Source of the DNA: Polaromonas sp. UBA4122
GTDB taxonomy: Bacteria; Pseudomonadota; Gammaproteobacteria; Burkholderiales; Burkholderiaceae_C
Direction: 5' to 3'
Length of the DNA: 64,000 nt
Assembly (NCBI RefSeq): GCF_002381615.1
Contig: NZ_DFWY01000078.1
Coordinates: forward strand, 21,268-85,267
Below the pieces are notes generated by a model that was not told the DNA's origin, did not search any database, and saw only the letters and a list, made by a program, of their open reading frames with translations. How positions within the stretch are numbered: position 1 is the first letter of the stretch; every line of letters starts with the position of its first letter. Positions 1-9,595 of this stretch are shown in pieces. A program made the position numbers and the translations under genes.

Positions 1-450
1 GGCAGCCACACGCTGGAGCAGCGCAAGAAAAAACTGCCGGAGTTTCTGGCCAAAAACCGCCGTCCTATCGACCGCGCGTTCGTCCACAGCATTTTCCAGC
101 GCGACCATCCCGGTACTGCCGACGAGAACACCGTCAACGCGTTTGCCGATGCCATCCTGACACTGGATGATTCGATGCCCACGGGAACCTATGTCGATAT
201 GTGCTCAAAACTGCCGCTGCTGAATCCTCAAAAAATCCCGGTGCCCTCCCTCATTTTGCGGGGTGAGTACGACGGCATTGCAGGCCTGGACGACCTGATC
301 AATTTCTTCAAGCTGCTACCCAACATGAACAAGCAGTTCAGCGTGATGGCGGGCATCTCGCACGCCAGCTTCCAGCAGAAGAACTACATGATGGTCTACC
401 AGATACTGCACAGTTTCTTCACCATGCCAGAGCCAGCTTACAAGGGGTAA
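1..450 (+). CDS. alpha/beta hydrolase, 5'-truncated by window edge
   Basis: Frame 1 is open from base 1; C-terminal part has LILRGEYD...GISHA (acid and His motifs of the alpha/beta fold). Confidence 0.7.
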   Translation, partial: GSHTLEQRKKKLPEFLAKNRRPIDRAFVHSIFQRDHPGTADENTVNAFADAILTLDDSMPTGTYVDMCSKLPLLNPQKIPVPSLILRGEYDGIAGLDDLINFFKLLPNMNKQFSVMAGISHASFQQKNYMMVYQILHSFFTMPEPAYKG

Positions 451-454
451 CACC

Positions 455-1423
455 ATGAAAACCATTGCCAAGTCACTGTTGCTGGGGCCGCTGCTTGCGG
501 TAACGCTGTCAACAGGGTTTGCCCAGACTTATCCAAGCAAACCGATCAAGCTGATTGTTCCGTTTGCGCCGGGTGGCTTTACCGATGTGGTAGCGCGCAT
601 CCTGGGACAAAAGCTCTCTACCGCCATGGGGCAGCAATTTGTGATTGAAAACAAGGCCGGTGCGGGCTCCATCATCGGCACTGATTTTGTGGCCAAGTCG
701 GCGCCAGACGGCTATACACTGGTAATGGTTTCCACCACGCATGTGATCAGCCCCTGGATCTACAAAAGCTTGCCTTACGATCCGATTAAGAGCTTTACGG
801 TGATCTCCAAACTGGTCGACTCACCGTATGTGCTGCTGGTCAACCCCAAGGTGCCCGCGCGCAATGTGAAGGAATTCATTGCCTTGGCCAAGGCCGCGCC
901 CGATACCATTCACTATGCCTCATCGGGCAACGGCAGTTCGCAGCACCTGATGGGCGGGCTCTTTGTTTCCATGACGGGAGCCAAGCTCGCGCATGTGCCC
1001 TACAAGGGCAGTGCCGGTGCGACTACCGATCTGGTAGGCGGTGTAGTGGAGAGCAGTTTTGCAGGTGTTCCCAATGCGCTGTCGATGGTGCCGCAGGGCC
1101 GACTAAGGGCGCTGGCAGTGACGACGGCCAAACGCATCCCGCAGTTGCCTGACGTTCCCACCATGCAGGAAGCCGGTGTACCGGGCTATGTAGCGTCGGT
1201 CTGGCTGGCCCTGCTGGCTCCGGCAGGCACGCCCCGTGACATCGTCAACAAGCTGAACGCTGAAATCCGCAAGGCGATGGATTCTCCGGACACGAAGAAA
1301 GCCCTGTATAACGCGGGCGTCGAAGTCTCACCCTCCAGCCCCGAGGCCATGTCGGAGTATATGGTGCAGGAGATGGAGCGCTGGGGCAAAGTCGTCAAGG
1401 AAACCGGCATCAAGATCGAATAA
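455..1423 (+). CDS. Bug/TctC tripartite tricarboxylate transporter substrate-binding protein
   Basis: Signal peptide followed by YPSKPIKLIVPFAPGG, ENKAGAGS and HVPYKGS motifs. Confidence 0.95.
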   Translation: MKTIAKSLLLGPLLAVTLSTGFAQTYPSKPIKLIVPFAPGGFTDVVARILGQKLSTAMGQQFVIENKAGAGSIIGTDFVAKSAPDGYTLVMVSTTHVISPWIYKSLPYDPIKSFTVISKLVDSPYVLLVNPKVPARNVKEFIALAKAAPDTIHYASSGNGSSQHLMGGLFVSMTGAKLAHVPYKGSAGATTDLVGGVVESSFAGVPNALSMVPQGRLRALAVTTAKRIPQLPDVPTMQEAGVPGYVASVWLALLAPAGTPRDIVNKLNAEIRKAMDSPDTKKALYNAGVEVSPSSPEAMSEYMVQEMERWGKVVKETGIKIE

Positions 1424-1444
1424 GCATTTTTGCCCGTTCCACGA

Positions 1445-1484
1445 AAAAGGTCGCTGCAAACCTTGCGGTTTGCAACGACCTTTT
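1445..1484. terminator. bidirectional intrinsic terminator between Bug and helicase
   Basis: AAAAGGTCG-CTGCAAACC/ttgc/GGTTTGCAA-CGACCTTTT hairpin with A/T tracts on both sides; a second hairpin GGCTGATCA/TGATCAGCC lies at 1493-1514. Confidence 0.8.
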
Positions 1485-1518
1485 AGCGCTGGGGCTGATC
1501 AAAAATGATCAGCCACCA

Positions 1519-3396
1519 TCAGTCACGTACGGGCTTGGAAAACTTGCCAGCCTTTTTTGCTGCATCGCGCGGCACAAACACCTTGCCAGCTGGTTTGGCG
1601 AAACCGGGTTTACGGTTTGCAAAATCAGGACGAGGTGCGAAGCCTTCGTTGCGGGCGTCAAAGTTACGGTCTTCACGCGGCGCAAAGCTGTTGCTGTTGC
1701 TGTTGCCGCCGCCAAATCCGCGGTCGTCCTGACGGCGTGGGCCGCGGTCGTTGAAGCTGGTGCGGTCCGCATAAGCATTGCCCTGAGGCGCTGCTGGCCG
1801 GCCCTGGAAGGAGCCACCACGGTCATCACGGTTGCCGCCGAAGCCGCCACCCGAACCGCCGCCTGCTGGCTTGCGGCCAGCAAAGCCGCCGCCGCCAAAA
1901 TTGCGACCACCACGGTCAGGACCGTTGCCAAAATTACCGCGTGGACGCTCGGAGGTTGGCGCAAAACGCTGCTGCGGCTCCAGACCGGCGATCACGCTGG
2001 GCTTGAGGTTTTGCTGCGTGTAGTGCTCAATATCCTGAATCTTGCGGCGGTCGCGGAATTCGGCAATCGTGATCGCCTGACCTTGTCGGCCGGCACGGCC
2101 GGTACGGCCAATGCGGTGCACATAGTCTTCAGCTTTCATCGGCAGGCCGTAGTTGATCACGTGGGTGATGGTCGGCACATCCAGGCCGCGGGCGGCCACA
2201 TCGGTGGCCACCAGAACCTGCACGCGGCCGTCACGGAAAGCCATCAAACGGCGGTTGCGCAGACCCTGGCCCAAAGCGCCATGCAGCGCCACGGCGCTAA
2301 AGCCTTCTTGCACCAGATCATTGGCCAGGCCATCACATTCAACCTGCGTGCAGGCAAACACGAGGGCCTGGTTGATGGTGGTGTCGCGCAGCCAGTGGTC
2401 CAGCAGCTTGCGCTTGTGCGTCATGTTGTCGGCCCACAGCAGGGATTGCGTGATCGAAGCGTGTTTTTCATGCGGAGAGTCAATCTCCACGCGCTGCGGC
2501 TGCCGCATCACGCGGGTAGCCAGCTGCATGATGCGCGGCGCAAAGGTGGCGCTGAACATCATGGTCTGCTTGCGCTCAATGGTCAGCTGGTTGACCTCGG
2601 TCAGGTCGTCGGCAAAGCCGAGGTCCAGCATACGGTCAGCTTCGTCAACCACCAGGAATTGCACCTTGTCGAGCTTGATCTGCATGCTGCGCTGAAGGTC
2701 CAGCAGACGGCCGGGCGTGGCCACCACCAGGTCAGCATTTTGCAGCTTGGCAATTTGCAACTGGTAAGGAATACCGCCCACCACATTGGCAATGCGCAAG
2801 CCGCGGCAATGACGAACCAGATCAATCGCGTCCGCGCAGACTTGCTGGGCCAGCTCGCGTGTCGGGCAGAGAATCAGCGCGCCGGGCGTGGCGGCTTTGA
2901 AATTGCGGGCGTTGGTCGGGTCTTTGCGCTTGGGTTTTTTCAGAGGCGCTTCGCCTCTGGCGATGGCTTCCGCGCTAAGGCGTTCAAATTCAGCGCGTTC
3001 ATGGCGCTCGGCTTCAACTTGCTGCATGAGCAGGGTGTGCAGCACGGGCAGCAGGAAGGCTGCAGTTTTGCCACTACCGGTCTGGCTGGAGACCAGTAGA
3101 TCGGTGAATTTTTCTGCCTTTGGGTCGGCATCCAGCGCCTGCATGGCTTTGGGTATGGTCGCCAGCTGCACCGCGGTGGGCTGGGTAAATCCCATGTCGG
3201 CCACGGCTTGCAGCAGTTCCCTGGCCAGGCCCAGCTTCACGAAGCCGTTGGGCTCGGGCGCAATGGCTTCCAGCGAGGTTTCTGCATCAACAGGCGCGTC
3301 GGAAAAGTCCGGAATCACGTTGATTTCGATATCGGAAATGGTGTCGGTAATGGCTTCGGACAAAAAGTCGCCACGAGCCTCAAAAGAGTCAGTCAT
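1519..3396 (-). CDS. DEAD-box RNA helicase (RhlE/DeaD-like) with Gly/Arg-rich C-terminal tail
   Basis: Q motif (PTAVQ), SQTGSGKT, PTRELA, DEAD, SAT, HRIGRTGR; ATG at 3396 preferred over GTG at 3408. Confidence 0.95.
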   Translation of the reverse strand: MTDSFEARGDFLSEAITDTISDIEINVIPDFSDAPVDAETSLEAIAPEPNGFVKLGLARELLQAVADMGFTQPTAVQLATIPKAMQALDADPKAEKFTDLLVSSQTGSGKTAAFLLPVLHTLLMQQVEAERHERAEFERLSAEAIARGEAPLKKPKRKDPTNARNFKAATPGALILCPTRELAQQVCADAIDLVRHCRGLRIANVVGGIPYQLQIAKLQNADLVVATPGRLLDLQRSMQIKLDKVQFLVVDEADRMLDLGFADDLTEVNQLTIERKQTMMFSATFAPRIMQLATRVMRQPQRVEIDSPHEKHASITQSLLWADNMTHKRKLLDHWLRDTTINQALVFACTQVECDGLANDLVQEGFSAVALHGALGQGLRNRRLMAFRDGRVQVLVATDVAARGLDVPTITHVINYGLPMKAEDYVHRIGRTGRAGRQGQAITIAEFRDRRKIQDIEHYTQQNLKPSVIAGLEPQQRFAPTSERPRGNFGNGPDRGGRNFGGGGFAGRKPAGGGSGGGFGGNRDDRGGSFQGRPAAPQGNAYADRTSFNDRGPRRQDDRGFGGGNSNSNSFAPREDRNFDARNEGFAPRPDFANRKPGFAKPAGKVFVPRDAAKKAGKFSKPVRD

Positions 3397-3650
3397 GTTT
3401 TTTCTCACTAATCACCTGCGCACGACGCTTTTGACAGGTAGCCAAAAAAGTAAAAGTGCAGCAGGAAACTTCACCTCCCGCGATGCAGAAGGCTTCGTTC
3501 ATGGTTAATAAAACATCAACCATCAAACGAATATTTCGGTCCAGGCGACTCCGGTAAACCGGTGCCTGAAGCGGTGACTCTGTTAGTAGAGTCCAAAAGT
3601 GTGAGGTAGATGTACAAATGCAGCACACCCTGTGCAACTGCAAGCCCGTG

Positions 3651-3680
3651 ATTATGCCACGGTTTGCGGGTTTCTACCAA
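3651..3680 (-). promoter_or_regulatory. sigma70-type promoter of the helicase
   Basis: On the minus strand: TTGGTA, 18-nt spacer, then TG-n-CATAAT extended -10. Confidence 0.55.
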
Positions 3681-3740
3681 TTCCCCGGTTTTCCAAAGGT
3701 TATGGAGCCACGTTGCGGCGAGCCGTTCCGTGACTGACCT

Positions 3741-3803
3741 GCTATTATTTCAGGAGCTTCTTGTGCCCGCGCTTATTGGGCTAGAGGCCTAATTTATCTA
3801 AAA
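3741..3803 (+). repeat. family A repeat, intergenic (downstream of orn)
   Basis: GCTAT-TATTTCA-GGAGC core plus tail TTCTTGTGCCCGCGCTTATTGGGCTAGAGGCCTAATTTATCTAAAA. Confidence 0.85.
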
Positions 3804-3813
3804 TTCCTGAGAC

Positions 3814-4377
3814 TCACTTCAAAAAGTGTTCCCGGTAGTGTTCAAGTTCGTCAATTGATTCATTCACGTCAGCCAGGGCGGTATGCTTTTGGCGCTTCTT
3901 GAAAGCGCTGTAAACCTCGGGCCGCCAGCGTTTGGCCAGTTCCTTGAAGGTGCTGACATCGACATTGCGGTAGTGAAAAAATGCTTCAAGTTTGGGCATG
4001 TACTTGACCAGAAAGCGCCGGTCCTGGCTGATGGTATTGCCGCACATCGGCGACGTGCCTTTAGGCAGGTACTGCGCGAGAAAGACCAGCAACTGCTTTT
4101 CGGCTTCTTCTTCAGTTAACGTGCTGGCCTTGACCTTGTCGATCAGGCCGCTGCGGCTGTGGGTGCCCTTGTTCCACTTGTCCATCTGCCCCAGGAGCTC
4201 GTCGGACTGGTGGATGGCCAGTACCGGGCCTTCGATACGCGGCGTGAGTTGCGGGCCGGTGACGATCACGGCGATTTCGATCAGGCGTTCCTTTTCCGGG
4301 TCGAGACCGGTCATTTCGCAGTCCAGCCAGACAAGGTTCTGGTCTGATTTTTTGAGAGTGAATTCAATTTCAGGCAT
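3814..4377 (-). CDS. orn: oligoribonuclease
   Basis: [35 protein letters not shown] (DEDDh nuclease). Confidence 0.97.
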   Translation of the reverse strand: MPEIEFTLKKSDQNLVWLDCEMTGLDPEKERLIEIAVIVTGPQLTPRIEGPVLAIHQSDELLGQMDKWNKGTHSRSGLIDKVKASTLTEEEAEKQLLVFLAQYLPKGTSPMCGNTISQDRRFLVKYMPKLEAFFHYRNVDVSTFKELAKRWRPEVYSAFKKRQKHTALADVNESIDELEHYREHFLK

Positions 4378-4409
4378 CTTGCGATTCTCGCTGATGACCT
4401 AAACTCCTG

Positions 4410-5702
4410 ATGATGTCCCGCTATTCACTTGTCTTTACCCTGCTGTTTTCAGCCATTTTGGTGCTGGGATTGCTCACGAAGTTCTACCTGGCTTCACGGC
4501 AAATACGCCATGTGGCGGGCCACCGCAACAGCGTACCCACTGCGTTTGCAGCCAGAATCTCCCTCCAGGCGCACCAAAAAGCAGCCGACTACACCGTGGC
4601 CAAAGCGCGCTTTGGCCTGCTGGAAACGGCTTTCGCTGCAGCCCTGCTGCTGGGCTGGACGCTTCTGGGCGGCATGGATGCGCTGAACCAGGCGCTGATC
4701 CATTCGGGACTGGCCGCTCACGGCAGTCTGGTGCCGCAGCTGGCATTGCTGGCGGCGTTCGGCGTCATTAGCGGCCTGCTGGACCTGCCCTTCTCCCTGT
4801 ACAGCACCTTCAGAATTGAAGAGCGCTTCGGCTTCAACAAAATGACGTTCCGGCTCTGGCTGGCCGACCTCGCGAAGTCCGCGCTGGTGGGCCTCGCAAT
4901 CGGCCTGCCGATCGTGGCCCTGATCCTGTGGCTGATGGGTAGCGCAGGCAGTTTTTGGTGGCTCTGGGCTTGGGGCACATGGATGGGTTTTAACCTCCTG
5001 GTGCTGGTACTCTTTCCCACCGTGATTGCGCCGTTGTTCAACAAATTCAAGCCGCTGGAAGATGAAGCTCTGAAGGCGCGGGTGACGGCCCTGATGCAGC
5101 GTTGCGGCTTTGCGGCCAAAGGCCTGTTTGTGATGGATGGCAGCAAGCGCTCGGCGCACGCCAACGCCTATTTCACCGGTTTTGGCGCGGCCAAGCGCGT
5201 GGTGTTTTACGACACCTTGCTCAAGCAACTGAGCCCCGGTGAGGTTGACGCCGTGCTGGCGCATGAGCTGGGCCATTTCAAGCACAAACACATCCTCAAA
5301 CGCATCATTTCGATGTTTGCCATGAGCCTGGCTGGCTTTGCGCTACTGGGCTGGCTGTCATCACAAGCTTGGTTTTATACCGGGATGGGTGTCAAGCCCA
5401 ACCTTTCAGAGGCCAACGACGCGCTGGCCTTGCTGTTGTTCTTGTTGGTGGTGCCACTCTTCAGCTTTTTTATCTCACCGGTGTTTGCTCGGTTCTCGCG
5501 CAAGCATGAATTTGAGGCCGACGCCTACGCCGTATCACAAACGAACGGCAAGGATTTGCAAAGCGCACTGCTCAAGCTGTACCAGGACAATGCCAGCACG
5601 CTCACGCCCGACCCGGTGTTTGTGAAGTTTTACTATTCCCACCCACCCGCCGCCGAACGCTTGGGACGCATGGCCCATGCTGTCGAAAGCGCAGTGCCAT
5701 GA
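4410..5702 (+). CDS. M48 (Ste24-like) membrane zinc metalloprotease
   Basis: Several TM helices, NAYFTG, AHELGH (HExxH), HEFEAD, YSHP. Confidence 0.93.
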   Translation: MMSRYSLVFTLLFSAILVLGLLTKFYLASRQIRHVAGHRNSVPTAFAARISLQAHQKAADYTVAKARFGLLETAFAAALLLGWTLLGGMDALNQALIHSGLAAHGSLVPQLALLAAFGVISGLLDLPFSLYSTFRIEERFGFNKMTFRLWLADLAKSALVGLAIGLPIVALILWLMGSAGSFWWLWAWGTWMGFNLLVLVLFPTVIAPLFNKFKPLEDEALKARVTALMQRCGFAAKGLFVMDGSKRSAHANAYFTGFGAAKRVVFYDTLLKQLSPGEVDAVLAHELGHFKHKHILKRIISMFAMSLAGFALLGWLSSQAWFYTGMGVKPNLSEANDALALLLFLLVVPLFSFFISPVFARFSRKHEFEADAYAVSQTNGKDLQSALLKLYQDNASTLTPDPVFVKFYYSHPPAAERLGRMAHAVESAVP

Positions 5703-6019
5703 GCCATCCCATTCATCAAAACCGCCGGTCCCTGAGCGCTACGGAAATTGTCACGCAACTGAGCAAGCTCAACGGCGAGCAGGCACTGGGCTGGCGCCTG
5801 ATCGACGGCGCGCTGGAAAAAACCTTCACCTTCAAAAACTACCACGAGACCATTGGTTTCGTGAATGCAGTGGCTTTCATAGCCAATGCCGAAAACCATC
5901 ACCCGGATCTGGCGGTGAGCTACAACCAATGCACGGTTCGCTTCAACACGCACGATGTGAAGGGCATTTCAGTCAGTGACTTTTTCTGCGCGTCCAAGGT
6001 TGACGCCTTGCTGGTTTGA
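5699..6019 (+). CDS. phhB: pterin-4-alpha-carbinolamine dehydratase
   Basis: LEKTFTFKNY, NHHPDL, NTHDVKG motifs. Confidence 0.9.
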   Translation: MSHPIHQNRRSLSATEIVTQLSKLNGEQALGWRLIDGALEKTFTFKNYHETIGFVNAVAFIANAENHHPDLAVSYNQCTVRFNTHDVKGISVSDFFCASKVDALLV

Positions 6020-6987
6020 GCAAACTGGCCCAACAGGCACGCTCGGGCGCTGCGCCGGTGTTGGGCACCCAGCCTGGCCTGGTGGTGGCCAGTTTTGGCC
6101 GCCATGTTCTGGTTGAAACGGAAACCGGCCAGCGCGTGATCTGCCACCCGCGTGGCAAGAAAAACCAGGCCGTGGTCGGCGACCGCGTGCGGTGGCTGCC
6201 TTCGCAGGATGAAGGCACTCTCGAAAAAATAGAGGAGCGCAGCAACCTGTTTTACCGGCAGGACGAGATGCGCACCAAGTCGTTTGCCGCCAATCTAGAC
6301 CAAGTCCTCATCCTGATCGCCGCAGAGCCAGAGTTCTCGGAAAGCCAGTTGACACGGGCCCTGATTGCCGCTGAAGCAGAACGCATTACCCCCATCATTG
6401 CGCTAAATAAGAGCGACCTGACCGAGCCGTTTGGGCGCGCCTGGACCAAGCTGGCGCCCTACCGGACCATGGGCTACAAAATGCTGCCGCTTGCGATCAA
6501 GCCAAAAACCGCCACAGCCCTTCCCGACGAGGCACAGACCTCCGAGCTGCTGGACCTGATGCGGGGAAAAAAGACACTGGTACTGGGCCCTTCAGGGACC
6601 GGAAAAAGCAGCCTGACCAATCTGCTGGTGCCCCATGCGCGGGTGCTGACGGCCGAGATATCCCAAGCCCTGAACTCGGGCAAGCACACTACCACCAGCA
6701 CGACGCTGTACTGGGTGGACGATGCGAGGACCACCGCACTGATCGACTCGCCAGGCTTCCAGGAATTTGGCCTGAACCACATTGAGCCTATGCAGCTGGC
6801 CAACTACATGCCCGACTTCAAGGCCCATGCGCAGGACTGCAAGTTCTACAACTGCACGCACTTGCATGAGCCAGGCTGCGGTGTGATTTCAGAGGTTAAA
6901 TCGACTGCTAGCCCAAGCAGCATAAGCGCAAGCCGCTATCGTTTGTATAGCGAGCTGTTTGCCGAGCTGTCGCAGACCCGGTACTGA
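6016..6987 (+). CDS. rsgA: ribosome small subunit-dependent GTPase A
   Basis: Circularly permuted GTPase: NKSD, GPSGTGKSS, GKHTTT, DSPG; Zn finger CKFYNCTHLHEPGC. Confidence 0.96.
   Translation: MSKLAQQARSGAAPVLGTQPGLVVASFGRHVLVETETGQRVICHPRGKKNQAVVGDRVRWLPSQDEGTLEKIEERSNLFYRQDEMRTKSFAANLDQVLILIAAEPEFSESQLTRALIAAEAERITPIIALNKSDLTEPFGRAWTKLAPYRTMGYKMLPLAIKPKTATALPDEAQTSELLDLMRGKKTLVLGPSGTGKSSLTNLLVPHARVLTAEISQALNSGKHTTTSTTLYWVDDARTTALIDSPGFQEFGLNHIEPMQLANYMPDFKAHAQDCKFYNCTHLHEPGCGVISEVKSTASPSSISASRYRLYSELFAELSQTRY
6887..6951 (-). repeat. family A repeat inside rsgA 3' end
   Basis: Reverse complement reads GCTAT-ACAAACG-ATAGC-GGCTTGCGCTTATGCTGCTTGGGCTAGCAGTCGATTTAACCTCTGAAA; translated as ISEVKSTASPSSISASRYRLYS. 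Confidence 0.8.
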
Positions 6988-7054
6988 AAACCATCGGAAG
7001 TACGGGAAAGCACGTGGTGAAGCGCTGAGGCGCAGGCCAGCCACCTGGGAATGC

Positions 7055-8074
7055 TCAGCCCAGCAAGCGCGCCAAGGTCAACAGTGCAAGCAGCACCATC
7101 CAGAGCACCACGGAACGCCACACCAGCCCCACAACGCTGCGCAAGTGCGCCACTTCAGGCTCGCGGCCTGGGGTGGACACTGTGACGGTGCCGTCCTCAG
7201 CATCCAGCCCACCGGCCTCAAACCCCGGCGATGCATCGGGTGCCAATGCGGCCTTGAGCGCTTCACCGCCGAGCCGCACATTTACCGCCCCGGAGGTGGC
7301 CGCAAGAATGATGCCGTCGTTGCGGTTTTCGGCGGCGGCGGGTGCATTAGCCGGGAAGCGCTGGTTGTAGTTGCGCCAGGCATCAATGGCATCTTCAAAG
7401 CTTCCCACGACCGCAAACCCCAGCGACGTGACGCGGGCGGGCACAAAGTCGATGGCACCCCAGGCACGGGTGGCGACCAGTTGCAGTGCCGGGCTGGCGC
7501 CTTCTCCGGGGGATTTGCTTGTGTGGCCCCAGTAACGCGAGACAAATTCGCTCATGCGGTACAGCACCGCGCCCGCAGGTCCCAGACCCAGCGCAGCGAG
7601 CACTGAAAACCAGCCCAGCACACCAAACACATGGCGATGGGCAGCAAGCACCGAGTATTCAATCACGTGGCGGACGATTTCACTGCGCGGCAATTCACTC
7701 GCATCCACTTGGCGCCACTGCGCCAGCAGCTCACGTGCCGTGGCTTCATCGCCGTCGTCCAGCGCGTCGCGTATGTCGGTGAAGTAATGGCTGAACTGCC
7801 GAAAACCCAGCGTGATATACAAAATTGCCACGCTCCACGCAAAAGCCAGCAACACACTCACACGCCACAGTAGCCAGTGAATCAGCAGCGTGACCAGCGC
7901 AGGAACCAGCACTGCCACCGTCCACGCCAACCATCCGTGGTGGGGCTTACCGGCATCCAGGTTGCGATTGACCCAACGTGCCCACCTCCGAAAACCGGCA
8001 TGAACCCAGTTGCCGCGGGCCAGTGGCCGGGCCTGTTCGATGATGAGTGCAAACAAAACAGCAAAAAAGCTCAT
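7055..8074 (-). CDS. CobD/CbiB (AmpE-like) membrane protein
   Basis: N-terminal TM segments, HRHVFGVLGWF, WGAIDFVPARVT. Confidence 0.85.
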   Translation of the reverse strand: MSFFAVLFALIIEQARPLARGNWVHAGFRRWARWVNRNLDAGKPHHGWLAWTVAVLVPALVTLLIHWLLWRVSVLLAFAWSVAILYITLGFRQFSHYFTDIRDALDDGDEATARELLAQWRQVDASELPRSEIVRHVIEYSVLAAHRHVFGVLGWFSVLAALGLGPAGAVLYRMSEFVSRYWGHTSKSPGEGASPALQLVATRAWGAIDFVPARVTSLGFAVVGSFEDAIDAWRNYNQRFPANAPAAAENRNDGIILAATSGAVNVRLGGEALKAALAPDASPGFEAGGLDAEDGTVTVSTPGREPEVAHLRSVVGLVWRSVVLWMVLLALLTLARLLG

Positions 8075-8180
8075 GCCGAATCATAACGGTCTCTCGCACT
8101 TCCTGAGGCTTTACGTCCACACCCAGGCTTTGTCGCCCACCCTGCCACCCGCACGGCCAACAAACCTCTGCACAGGCTCC

Positions 8181-8897
8181 TTAAGCGCTCAGGAATCGGT
8201 AGAGGTTGCGCAGCATGCCGGCGGTTGCTCCCCAGATGTAGCGCTCTCTGGCTTCGCTGCTGTCAGTCTCAGCCATAGGATCGGTGTAAGGCATGGAGAG
8301 CCACTGGCGTATCCCGCCGTCGAATTCGATCTCGTGGCGGCGGTGATGGGCGGGATTCATCAAATACCAGAGTGGCACTTCAAATACATCCGCCACCTCC
8401 CCCGGGTTGGGCTGCAGCACGAACCCAGGTTTCACCAGTGCGACCACCGGTGTGATGATGAAGGCCGTACCCGTGACATAGGTCGGCAAGGTGCCCAGCA
8501 CCTCCACATGACCCCGCGGCAAGCCGATTTCTTCCCGCGCTTCCCGCAAGGCCGTGTCAACCGCATCCTGATCGGACTCGTCGGTGCGGCCGCCGGGCAA
8601 GGCGATCTGTCCCGAATGGGTAGAAAGGTTGGTGGTCCGCTCGGTCAGCAACAGGGTGAGCTCGTTGCGCATCACCAGGGGCAGCAGCACCGCCGCAGGA
8701 GCCGGCTCCCGATCGGCAAATTTCTTTTCCACGCTGTGCTCGGGCGTCCAGACCGGTGGATGCCTAAAGCGCTCGCGCATGGCCTGCGGCGTAAGGCGCT
8801 CCAGCGCTACGCCCGCAAGGTGGTCATCGATCCCCAGCACCGGAATGCTGCGAGGATCAAATTTTGGCAATGGCTTGGTGAAGGTCATACGTGTCAC
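8181..8897 (-). CDS. CoA pyrophosphatase, NUDIX family
   Basis: HSGQIALPGG plus Nudix box TALREAREEIG; YIWGATAGML. Confidence 0.93.
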   Translation of the reverse strand: MTRMTFTKPLPKFDPRSIPVLGIDDHLAGVALERLTPQAMRERFRHPPVWTPEHSVEKKFADREPAPAAVLLPLVMRNELTLLLTERTTNLSTHSGQIALPGGRTDESDQDAVDTALREAREEIGLPRGHVEVLGTLPTYVTGTAFIITPVVALVKPGFVLQPNPGEVADVFEVPLWYLMNPAHHRRHEIEFDGGIRQWLSMPYTDPMAETDSSEARERYIWGATAGMLRNLYRFLSA

Positions 8898-8929
8898 AGC
8901 TTAGTACCGCAACTCAGAAATAAAGAAAC

Positions 8930-9025
8930 ATGAAAACCCGTCTTTTCCCGTCTGGCGTTGTTGTCGTAGCTGGGGCTATGTCGCCTCCTCTCGCCTAGCC
9001 AGACAGAAAAATCCATCGGTTTCAT
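8930..9025. repeat. imperfect long palindrome, MITE-like remnant
   Basis: ATGAAAACC..TTTTCCCGTCTGGC / GCCAGACAGAAAAA..GGTTTCAT inverted arms around a GGCGTTG...CGCCTAG core. Confidence 0.5.
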
Positions 9026-9065
9026 TGTGTTCCTCTATCTCCAAGTTAGGGTACCAGCAGGCAAG

Positions 9066-9093
9066 AAAAAGCCGCCCGGAAGAGCGGCTTTTC
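9066..9093 (-). terminator. intrinsic terminator of rplS
   Basis: AAAAAGCCGC-ccggaaga-GCGGCTTTT hairpin just downstream of the rplS stop. Confidence 0.85.
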
Positions 9094-9110
9094 GAGGGCG
9101 TAAACTGCTT

Positions 9111-9476
9111 TTATGCAGCTTTGGCGCCCAGCTTTTCCTTGATACGCGCCGACTTGCCGCTGCGGCTGCGCAAATAGTACAGCTTGGCACGGCGTACATC
9201 ACCGCGACGCTTGACTTCGATCTTGGCGATCAGCGGGCTGTAGAGCTGGAAGGTACGCTCAACGCCTTCGCCATTGGAGATTTTGCGGACGATGAAGCTT
9301 GAATTGAGGCCGCGGTTGCGCTTGGCAATCACCACGCCTTCAAAAGCCTGCATACGCTTGCGGGTACCTTCAACCACGTTCACGCTCACGATGACGGTGT
9401 CGCCAGGTGCGTAAACAGGAATGGTTTTGTTCAAGCGAGCAATTTCTTCCTGCTCAAGGGTTTCGATCAGATTCAT
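9111..9476 (-). CDS. rplS: 50S ribosomal protein L19
   Basis: [34 protein letters not shown]. Confidence 0.99.
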   Translation of the reverse strand: MNLIETLEQEEIARLNKTIPVYAPGDTVIVSVNVVEGTRKRMQAFEGVVIAKRNRGLNSSFIVRKISNGEGVERTFQLYSPLIAKIEVKRRGDVRRAKLYYLRSRSGKSARIKEKLGAKAA

Positions 9477-9595
9477 GGTTTTTCCAACTAACTTTTTCGT
9501 TCATTCACGCGCTACGCTAAAGACCGCAAATCCATGGTTTCATCAGAAGATGGACAGATGGTTGCAGTGGCCGCCAGAGGATCGAAAAGTTTTTA

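Noticed and set aside
1519-1930. Low-complexity GCC/GGC-rich stretch
   Set aside because: Encodes the usual Gly/Arg-rich disordered tail of DEAD-box helicases; not a DNA repeat element.
2011-3099. 362-aa plus-strand ORF
   Set aside because: Antisense shadow of the DEAD-box helicase, expected from GC-rich codon bias; no motifs.
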